DNA from: an uncultured Patescibacteria group bacterium
GTDB lineage: Bacteria; Patescibacteriota; Patescibacteriia; Veblenbacterales; UBA10138
DNA: 64,000 bases
NCBI GenBank assembly: GCA_937929825.1
Contig: CALFUV010000008.1
Span: forward strand, 11,838-75,837
Direction: 5' to 3'
Part shown: one piece after another, positions 40,126 through 47,166 of the stretch
How the letters are laid out: each line of letters begins with the position of its first letter
How positions within the stretch are numbered: the stretch's first letter is position 1
Made by a program: the position numbers and the translations under genes
The notes under the pieces: model-generated
Seen by the model: only the letters and a program-made list of their open reading frames with translations
What the model was told of the DNA's origin: nothing
Databases searched by the model: none

Positions 40126-40144
40126 TAATAGTTTAAGTATTTAA

Positions 40145-40420
40145 GTGAACTTATATTTTATGTCCGGACCAGAGTACACTTTCAAGGCCTTTGCCAATAA
40201 GCGCCGCTTAGCTATTTTAAGATATTTAATGACACACCCCGAGGCATCAGTAGGCGGGCTGGCTGATGCTATCAAATTATCTTTCCGTTCAACTTCTAAA
40301 CATTTGGCGATCTTGGTTGTAGCTGGTGTGGTGGAGTATGAGCAAAGAGGCAAGCAGATTTTTTACAAACTCGTTTCTTCTCCTCCTGCCCTGATTCGTA
40401 AACTTCTTACCCTTATCTAA
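40145..40420 (+). CDS. ArsR/SmtB-family winged-helix transcriptional regulator (small, 86-91 aa)
   Basis: FKAFANKRRLAILRYLMTHPEASVGGLADAIKLSFRSTSKHLAILVVAGVVEYEQRGKQIFYKL, the ArsR HTH pattern (RL.IL..L...V..L......S...S.HL..L...G.V...R.G....Y.L). Confidence 0.6.
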   Translation: MNLYFMSGPEYTFKAFANKRRLAILRYLMTHPEASVGGLADAIKLSFRSTSKHLAILVVAGVVEYEQRGKQIFYKLVSSPPALIRKLLTLI

Positions 40421-40446
40421 TTCGTTGCATTTTTTTATTTAGGTAA

Positions 40447-40469
40447 CATTCGTACGAATGGTAGAATAA
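40447..40469 (+). promoter_or_regulatory. Operator/promoter motif copy 2 (TTCGTACGAA-TGG-TAGAAT), downstream of the ArsR-like gene and about 25 nt before a terminator
   Basis: CATTCGTACGAATGGTAGAATAA; an extended -10-like TGgTAGAAT. Confidence 0.45.
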
Positions 40470-40487
40470 TAACCTTTGGTTTGGGAA

Positions 40488-40524
40488 ATAAAAAAGGATG
40501 GCGTTACCATCCTTTAATTTTTTT
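40488..40524. terminator. Bidirectional intrinsic terminator (also ends the minus-strand gene 40533..40832)
   Basis: aataaaaaa-GGATGG-cgtta-CCATCC-tttaattttttt. Confidence 0.65.
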
Positions 40525-40532
40525 CTAAACTT

Positions 40533-40832
40533 TTAGAATTTGTATAGCTTTTTATTTTCGTGGTAAAAGCGAATACTTATGCTTGCCACAATAAAGACAA
40601 GATCAATGATAGCTAATTCTATCAAGTGATTGTTTTTAGGCAGGGTTACTTTTTGGGTTTGGTTATGCGCGTATAGATACGTCTCAGTTGTGAGACAGGC
40701 GATAAATAAGAATATTATGAATCCTATCCATAAAAACAATTTGCTTAATATCTTCAAGGTGCATCCTTTCTTTTGGTTTTGTAATGTTTGTCTTGGAACG
40801 TAAATTATAACCGCCAATTTCTTTCTAGTCAA
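40533..40832 (-). CDS. Hypothetical small membrane protein; true start probably internal (TTG at 40755-40757, about 74 aa)
   Basis: Track ORF begins with TTG at 40830-40832, which is part of a strong minus-strand sigma-70 promoter (TTGACT-17-TATAAT at 40827-40832 / 40804-40809). An in-frame TTG preceded by AAAGGA lies downstream of it. Confidence 0.35.
   Translation of the reverse strand: MTRKKLAVIIYVPRQTLQNQKKGCTLKILSKLFLWIGFIIFLFIACLTTETYLYAHNQTQKVTLPKNNHLIELAIIDLVFIVASISIRFYHENKKLYKF
40804..40832 (-). promoter_or_regulatory. Sigma-70 consensus-like promoter on the minus strand (TTGACT-N17-TATAAT)
   Basis: Reverse complement of 40804-40832 is TTGACTAGAAAGAAATTGGCGGTTATAAT. Confidence 0.5.
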
Positions 40833-40855
40833 CCCCTCACCCTCCCCCTCGGTCT

Positions 40856-40878
40856 AATTCGCGCGAATGGTAGAATAA
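40856..40878 (+). promoter_or_regulatory. Operator/promoter motif copy 3 (TTCGCGCGAA-TGG-TAGAAT), about 110 nt upstream of the Q-rich secreted protein gene
   Basis: AATTCGCGCGAATGGTAGAATAA. The palindrome core has covaried (TA to CG) while keeping dyad symmetry. Confidence 0.45.
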
Positions 40879-40986
40879 GACATGGTGTCTAAACAGAGAG
40901 TTTAAGTGAAACAAGGGGGGCTGGATGGCGCGTTATATTAAGGTGTAGACTAAATAAGGAGGGTTTATTATTAACTCGCTTAATAT

Positions 40987-41745
40987 ATGTCAGAAGTTAG
41001 GAAGGATTTGTTTATTGGTGTCGGTTTTTTAATGGCCGCCATGGTTTTAGTATCTTTTGCTATTGCCGTTCAGGTGCAGGCAAGAGAAGGTGAGGATGAT
41101 TCAATTTCATCCGATACTTCTTTTGGTTTGAAAGTAAGGGGGGATGGCACGGTTGACGATTCGCAGCCAGGAATTGGCGCTGCTGTGCAAGCACAAGCAC
41201 AAGTTCAAAACAGGGGCGAAGAAACTCAGGTTCAGGCACAAGTTCAAGCTCAGGAGCAAACCAATATGCCAGATTCTGCTCCTGGCCAAGTTAATAAAGA
41301 GAATAAAAAAATAGGTCAGGACAAGGCGGCTGAGCATCGCAGCGCAGTGGCAAATTTTGTACAAAGCTTGCTTCAAGTAGCTGATAGCAAGCCTGGGGGT
41401 ATTGGTGAGCAAGTTCGTAATATAGCCCAGCAGCAAAATCAATCAGCTGAAGTTATGATTCAAGCTATGGAAAAAGTACAAACCAGAAGCAAGATAAGAA
41501 CATTTTTATTTGGTTCAGATTATAAAAATTTAGGCACTTTGAGAAGTGAAATGGTCAAAACCAGAAATAGATTGGAGCAGTTGAATAGATTGATAGTTAA
41601 TATAGATAATGAAGCTGATAAAATTGAGTTGCAGAATCAGATCCAAAATCTTATTCAGGAGCAGGAAAGTATTGATAATTTTATAAAAGTTCAGGAAATT
41701 AAGATTAGTTTATTTGGTTGGATAAAGAAACTTTTCAGTAATTAG
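40987..41745 (+). CDS. Secreted or anchored protein with Q/A/V-rich low-complexity repeats (QAQAQVQ) and a C-terminal coiled coil
   Basis: N-terminal TM/signal (LFIGVGFLMAAMVLVSFAIAV), repeats AAVQAQAQVQNRGEETQVQAQVQAQEQ. Confidence 0.4.
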   Translation: MSEVRKDLFIGVGFLMAAMVLVSFAIAVQVQAREGEDDSISSDTSFGLKVRGDGTVDDSQPGIGAAVQAQAQVQNRGEETQVQAQVQAQEQTNMPDSAPGQVNKENKKIGQDKAAEHRSAVANFVQSLLQVADSKPGGIGEQVRNIAQQQNQSAEVMIQAMEKVQTRSKIRTFLFGSDYKNLGTLRSEMVKTRNRLEQLNRLIVNIDNEADKIELQNQIQNLIQEQESIDNFIKVQEIKISLFGWIKKLFSN

Positions 41746-41934
41746 TTGTTGTGGATATTAAGTTTCCTTTATTTTGTATTTATTAAGGAAAGTTTGATTA
41801 TTAGTAAAGTTTATTATACTAATAATTATATAAGATTATATAAGTAATTTTGCTATAAATCCGGCCTAAATTATTAAAGCCGAGTGTAGCCACTCTAAAA
41901 TTTAGGTGCGTTAATTTAACTAATATATACACAT

Positions 41935-42429
41935 ATGCAAAAAAAATATTTTATCTTTGTATTTTTGATTGTAGTGGTGATTATTGGGGTAATTTTTATT
42001 TTCAATAAACCCGCACTAGAGCCGGCGACAGTTTCAACGACAGTTATACCAACTGGCAGTAGCCAAGATGAAGTGCCAACCAGCACCATGCCCACATTAG
42101 AGGAGAATGAAACTCCAGAAATGCTAGTGGGTGAAGTGAAAGAATTCACCATGACCTCTTATTATTCACCAGAGACTAAGCGACCATATTTTAGTTTGAA
42201 TGAGATGGTGGTAAATCAGGGAGACACGGTACGCATCAGGGTTACCAATACCTTTGGTAATCATGATATTAAAATAGACGAGTATAATGTGTTTGCCGAA
42301 ACGCCCTTAAACCAGGAAGTGGTGGTGGAATTTGTGGCGGATAAGGTTGGCGATTTTGTTTATTACTGTTCTAAACCCGGGCATCGTGCGGCCGGGCAGT
42401 GGGGAACTCTACGTGTATTGAAACAATAA
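41935..42429 (+). CDS. Membrane-anchored cupredoxin-domain protein (type-1 blue-copper-like; ligands His...Cys-X4-His-X4-Gln)
   Basis: N-terminal TM anchor and Thr/Ser/Pro-rich linker, then a beta-rich domain with GNHDIKID (upstream His) and YYCSKPGHRAAGQWG (Cys, His, Gln in the axial-ligand position, stellacyanin-like). Confidence 0.5.
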   Translation: MQKKYFIFVFLIVVVIIGVIFIFNKPALEPATVSTTVIPTGSSQDEVPTSTMPTLEENETPEMLVGEVKEFTMTSYYSPETKRPYFSLNEMVVNQGDTVRIRVTNTFGNHDIKIDEYNVFAETPLNQEVVVEFVADKVGDFVYYCSKPGHRAAGQWGTLRVLKQ

Positions 42430-42705
42430 TTATTAATTATTGTTTAATTAATAATAAAAATGCCTTTTAGAGGGTAGATTTTTATTACACAATTTATACA
42501 TAATTAACTAACATACAGTTGATTGATTATGTTCCTAAATAAAATTAGGATTAAATAGTCTTTTATATTTTAAATTTAGACTTGACATAATTCTTAATTT
42601 ATTGTAAGAACAAGGCAAATAAGTTAGTTATATTTTTAAATATTAATTTGGTATCATATACCCTTTTTTTATAAAAAAGCCGTTTATATTTAATTCACCA
42701 CTTTA

Positions 42706-44451
42706 ATGTTGGGTTTATTAACATCCACTAGTTCAGTTAAACTAGCCAAATTTTTGGAACAGGAAGGTTGTTTCACACGCGAACAGTTTAAAAAAATTGA
42801 ACAGCAGGCTGAGCGTGAGGGGCGTCCGGTAGTAGCAGAACTTTTAGATCAAGCCAACGGTAATACTGAGCGTATTTTGGAAGTTTTAGCAGGTTATTAT
42901 CAGCTAGAGTCTGTAGTTTTACGTGGTCGTATGATTTCTCCTTATGTATTGGGACTTATACCTAAAGATTTAGCAGAAGCTCATAATTTGGTGACATTTA
43001 AAAAAGCTGGAGAATGTGTTCATGTAGCTACCACTAATCCGGAAGATGTTGAAATAATAAATTTTATCCGGCGTAAAACCGGTTTGCAGGCACAAGTATA
43101 TATAACCACACCAGCAGATATCGCTTATGCTTTACAGCGCTATGAAAGCAAGTTGGCTGAAGAGTTTGGCAAAATAATTGAAGAGAGTCTAAAAGAAACG
43201 CTCGCCAGTCATGAGACTGAAGAAAAATTAGCTCAGTTTGTACCGGTGGTAAAGATGGTTAACAGTATAATTGATCGGGCTTTGGCCAGTAGAGCTTCTG
43301 ATATTCATATTGAACCCGGCAGTGAACAAATTGTCATCCGCTTTCGTATTGATGGTTTACTGAAAAAAGTAGTGGAATTGCCACGTGAGGTATTACCGCC
43401 AATATTGGCCCGTATTAAGCTTATGGCTAATTTAAAAATAGATGAGCATCGTTTACCCCAAGACGGCCGTTTCCGTTATACTTTTCATGATCATGAAGTG
43501 GCTTTGAGAGTTTCTATAGTACCCAATCTTCATGGCAGTAAAATAGTGTTGCGTTTATTAGATACCAGGCAAAAAAAATTCAATTTTCGGACCTTAGGTT
43601 TAAATAAACGTGATTTAGCCATTATTAAGCGTGAATCTTTAAAACCCCATGGTATGTTGTTGGTGACAGGGCCTACCGGTTCCGGCAAAACCACTACTTT
43701 GTATGCCTTATTAAGCCTGTTAAATCGTGAACGAGTTAATATTTGTACAGTTGAAGATCCCATAGAGTATGGTTTGGAGGGGATTAATCAAATGCAAGTT
43801 AATCCTGGTGCTGGGCTTACTTTTGCTAATGGGTTACGTAGTTTATTGCGTCAGGACCCTGATATTATAATGGTGGGCGAAATTAGAGATTCGGAAACAG
43901 CAGAAATAGCTATTAATTCAGCTATGACCGGCCACTTGGTATTGTCTTCTTTACATACCAATAATGCTTTTTTGGCGCCACAACGTTTAGTGGAAATGGG
44001 TTTGAAGCCTTTTATGGTGGCTTCTGTAGTTAATTTAATAATAGGCCAAAGGCTGGTGCGTACTATTTGTAAACACTGTACTTCGCCCTTATCTAATTTA
44101 AGCAAGCACTTAGAAAGATACGGAGAATCTTTGTCTTTAGAATCAGCGGTTGTAAATTTACAAAAAAGCGGTTTACTGCCAGCGGATTTTTCATGGAGTA
44201 GGGTAGTTTTATATCATGGTCGTGGTTGTGATCGTTGCAGTGAAACTGGATATCAAGGACGTTTAGGTATTTATGAATTTATGGAAGTTGATGAAGTTGT
44301 TAGTCAGGCAATTTTAAAATCTAATACCACTGAAGGTGTTAAGCAGGCCGCTCGTCAGCAGGGCGTTTTGACTATGATTGAAGATGGGATTTTAAAGATT
44401 ATTAACGGACAAACTACATTTGAAGAAGTTACGCGAGTTACAAAGGAATAA
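42706..44451 (+). CDS. pilB: Type IV pilus assembly ATPase PilB (GspE family)
   Basis: N-terminal GSPII domain; Walker A LVTGPTGSGKTTTLYA; Asp box; Walker B IIMVGEIRD; tetracysteine motif CKHC...CDRC. Confidence 0.9.
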   Translation: MLGLLTSTSSVKLAKFLEQEGCFTREQFKKIEQQAEREGRPVVAELLDQANGNTERILEVLAGYYQLESVVLRGRMISPYVLGLIPKDLAEAHNLVTFKKAGECVHVATTNPEDVEIINFIRRKTGLQAQVYITTPADIAYALQRYESKLAEEFGKIIEESLKETLASHETEEKLAQFVPVVKMVNSIIDRALASRASDIHIEPGSEQIVIRFRIDGLLKKVVELPREVLPPILARIKLMANLKIDEHRLPQDGRFRYTFHDHEVALRVSIVPNLHGSKIVLRLLDTRQKKFNFRTLGLNKRDLAIIKRESLKPHGMLLVTGPTGSGKTTTLYALLSLLNRERVNICTVEDPIEYGLEGINQMQVNPGAGLTFANGLRSLLRQDPDIIMVGEIRDSETAEIAINSAMTGHLVLSSLHTNNAFLAPQRLVEMGLKPFMVASVVNLIIGQRLVRTICKHCTSPLSNLSKHLERYGESLSLESAVVNLQKSGLLPADFSWSRVVLYHGRGCDRCSETGYQGRLGIYEFMEVDEVVSQAILKSNTTEGVKQAARQQGVLTMIEDGILKIINGQTTFEEVTRVTKE

Positions 44452-44472
44452 ATTTACGATTTTATTTTTACT

Positions 44473-45681
44473 ATGCCTTCCTTTATTTACAGCGCCTTAA
44501 ATTCGGTGGATTCATATGTTAAGGGTAAAGTAGAAGCTTCGTCTTTAAAAAAAGCCCAAGCCAAGCTGGAGTCGGAAGGCTTGATGGTGGTTACTTTAAA
44601 ACCCGAAAAAATTGCTAAACAATTCCATATTAATCAATTACTTGGTAGGGTTAGTCGTTTGGACAGGATTTTTTTTACCAGCCATCTTTATACTTTATTG
44701 GAAGCCGGCGTGTCTATGGATCAGGCTATTAAAGTAACAGCCGAACAGGCAGATAGTCAAATATTTCGTGATGTACTTTTAAATATCCATTCTCGGGTGC
44801 GTCAAGGCGAGGCTCTGTGGAGTGTTTTGTCACAGTATCCTAAACATTTTCCTGAATTTTTTACTAATTTAATTCGTGTTGGTGAAGCTAGCGGGCGTTT
44901 GGTGGATGTTTTGCATTATTTGCTGGAACAGCAGGAAAGGGATTATGAACTTATAACCCGGTCACGGGGGGCTATGGTGTATCCGACGATTATTATTTTG
45001 GCCATGATATCCATTGTGACTTTAATGATGGTTTTTGTCATTCCCCAAATCACCTCGCTTTTAACTGAATACTCGGTAGATTTGCCCTTAGTAACCCGGT
45101 GGTTGATATTCATCAGTAATCTACTTATTAATTGGGGAGTTATTATATTTCCCATTTTATTTTTTTTAATAGTATTGCTGGTTAAATTGGCGCGTACTCC
45201 CCGAGGTCAACTTTATTGGGATAGGTTTTTGCTCTCGTTTCCTAAATTAAAATCAATAGTGCGTGAATTTAATCTGGCGCGCTTAAGCCGTTCTTTAAGC
45301 GCGCTCCTTAAAAGCGGTGTAACTATTGATAAAGCTCTAGCTTTGTCAGCCACTGTTTGTCGTAATAGCCAATATCGTTCTGTTTTGACTGGGGGAGTCG
45401 CGTTTATTCAAAAAGGCATTCCTTTAGCTGAAGTTTTACAAGGCCAGCCAAAGCTTTTTCCACCTATTACTACTCGTATGGTGGAGGTGGGGGAGCGTAC
45501 AGGTAAACTGGACCACATGCTTACGAGATTAGCCGCTTTTTATGAAAAATCAGTTATGAATACCTTGTCTAACCTTTCTTCTATTATTGAGCCGGTGCTT
45601 TTATTGCTTATTGGTTTTGGTGTTGGTTTTGTAGCCATTGCAATTTTGACACCTATATGGAAATTTGCCGAGTCAATTTAA
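44473..45681 (+). CDS. pilC: Type IV pilus platform protein PilC (GspF family)
   Basis: 402 aa with two GspF repeats and three TM segments. Confidence 0.88.
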   Translation: MPSFIYSALNSVDSYVKGKVEASSLKKAQAKLESEGLMVVTLKPEKIAKQFHINQLLGRVSRLDRIFFTSHLYTLLEAGVSMDQAIKVTAEQADSQIFRDVLLNIHSRVRQGEALWSVLSQYPKHFPEFFTNLIRVGEASGRLVDVLHYLLEQQERDYELITRSRGAMVYPTIIILAMISIVTLMMVFVIPQITSLLTEYSVDLPLVTRWLIFISNLLINWGVIIFPILFFLIVLLVKLARTPRGQLYWDRFLLSFPKLKSIVREFNLARLSRSLSALLKSGVTIDKALALSATVCRNSQYRSVLTGGVAFIQKGIPLAEVLQGQPKLFPPITTRMVEVGERTGKLDHMLTRLAAFYEKSVMNTLSNLSSIIEPVLLLLIGFGVGFVAIAILTPIWKFAESI

Positions 45682-46112
45682 AAAAATCCTTACCACATGG
45701 TGTAACTATGGTGGAGTTGGCTATAGCTTTGGGTATTTTGACTTTACTGCTTTTTTTAGCTGTACCTAGTTTTACCATTTTAAGACGCAACGTAGCTTTA
45801 TCAAACAGCAGCCGTGAACTGCAAAGTGCCTTACGCCTGGTCCAAACACGTGCTCTTGCGGCTCAGGGCGGAGTAGCCGCCTATCATGGTATTCAACTGC
45901 AAACCGACCGCTATGTAATACTGAATAACGGTTTGCAACAAGAAATATTTTTACCCAAAGGCATTACAATTTCTGGAGCGGCGGTAGGGCAAACCATCAT
46001 TTTTACCCGTTTAAGCGGTTTGCCCAGCTCGCCGCAGGAGATTGTTTTATCAGCTGGCGGGAGCCAGCTGATAGTACAAGTTGAGGCCGGCGGGTTAATT
46101 AACCTACCTTAA
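45657..46112 (+). CDS. Type IV pilin/pseudopilin (prepilin-type N-terminal cleavage/methylation domain)
   Basis: Leader ...LPHG|VTMVELAIALGILTLLLFLAV with Glu at +5; overlaps the pilC end. Confidence 0.6.
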   Translation: MEICRVNLKKSLPHGVTMVELAIALGILTLLLFLAVPSFTILRRNVALSNSSRELQSALRLVQTRALAAQGGVAAYHGIQLQTDRYVILNNGLQQEIFLPKGITISGAAVGQTIIFTRLSGLPSSPQEIVLSAGGSQLIVQVEAGGLINLP

Positions 46113-46118
46113 TTATAT

Positions 46119-46649
46119 ATGAGTAAACATCCTCAAGGATCAGCAGTTATAGAAGTGCTTATTAGTCTAAGTTTAGCGGCTTTTTTAATAGCATCGTTAG
46201 GTAATTTAATAACTTCTACACGACGCTTGGAAACAGCTAATAATTATCGGCAGCGTGCTTTAGCTTATGCCCGGGAGAGTTTGGAAATGATGGCTAGTCT
46301 GCCGAATAATCTTTTTGCCTGTGTTGGTTCTTGTTCTTGTACACCTCTCCCCGGTTATAACAGTTGTTGGGTAGATTTAGAATCTACCGGACCATATCAT
46401 TTGCAGGAAACAGCCGGTAGTTGGCAGTTAGTATTAGGCAACGAAGCGGTGCCGGGTGATTCTTTTTTTATTCGAGGCATCACTATTAATAATATGCAAC
46501 GCGATGCTAATGGTATTTTAACTTCTTCTGGCATAACTGATACTAACACTAAAAAAATCACAGTTCGTTTATCTTGGCAGGAGCGGGGTGAGCCTAAAAG
46601 TTTGGAATTAGCCACTATACTTACTGCTTGGGCTAATATCACGCCATAA
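46119..46649 (+). CDS. Type IV pilin-like protein
   Basis: MSKHPQG|SAVIEVLISLSLAAFLI (Glu +5). Confidence 0.55.
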   Translation: MSKHPQGSAVIEVLISLSLAAFLIASLGNLITSTRRLETANNYRQRALAYARESLEMMASLPNNLFACVGSCSCTPLPGYNSCWVDLESTGPYHLQETAGSWQLVLGNEAVPGDSFFIRGITINNMQRDANGILTSSGITDTNTKKITVRLSWQERGEPKSLELATILTAWANITP

Positions 46650-46650
46650 T

Positions 46651-47160
46651 ATGAGAAAAAAAAATATACAACCGTCAGGTTTTTCAATTATGGAAGTAAT
46701 TATTTATGTGGCGGTAATAACAGCGGCTATGATTATACTTTCTGATTTTGTGGTTGATATTACCAAGAATGCTGCCCGTAGTATGGTAATAAAAGAAGTG
46801 GAGTTGAATGCCCAACTTACTTTAAATAGGATTGCCATGGAAGTCAGGCATGCTCAATCAATAGCGGTAGATAGTTTAGGTACACAACTTACTTTAACCG
46901 GCGCTCAGGGTATAGTGGTGTTGCAGTACAATAATGTCGCTAAAACCGTGGAGAGGATAACCGCCGGCAACACCGAAAGTATAACCACACCCGAGGTGCA
47001 CATTTTAAGTTTAATTTTTACTCCTATTCCGCTCCTAGGAACAACCAAGGGTGTAGCGGTAGAAATAGCAGTCGCTCAAGGATCTATAAATGTGCCGGTG
47101 GTTTATAAATATCAAACAGAATTATCTACCAGAGTTTTTGCCCGGCAGTTAATGTATTAA
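46651..47160 (+). CDS. Type IV pilin-like protein
   Basis: MRKKNIQPSG|FSIMEVIIYVAVITA (Glu +5). Confidence 0.6.
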   Translation: MRKKNIQPSGFSIMEVIIYVAVITAAMIILSDFVVDITKNAARSMVIKEVELNAQLTLNRIAMEVRHAQSIAVDSLGTQLTLTGAQGIVVLQYNNVAKTVERITAGNTESITTPEVHILSLIFTPIPLLGTTKGVAVEIAVAQGSINVPVVYKYQTELSTRVFARQLMY

Positions 47161-47166
47161 TATTAT

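Noticed and set aside
41100-41300. Repetitive DNA (GCACAAGTTCAAGC... units) that could suggest a CRISPR array or microsatellite
   Set aside because: The repeats are in-frame, imperfect and coding (QAQAQVQ low-complexity protein), with no regular repeat-spacer architecture. No CRISPR array was found anywhere in the window.
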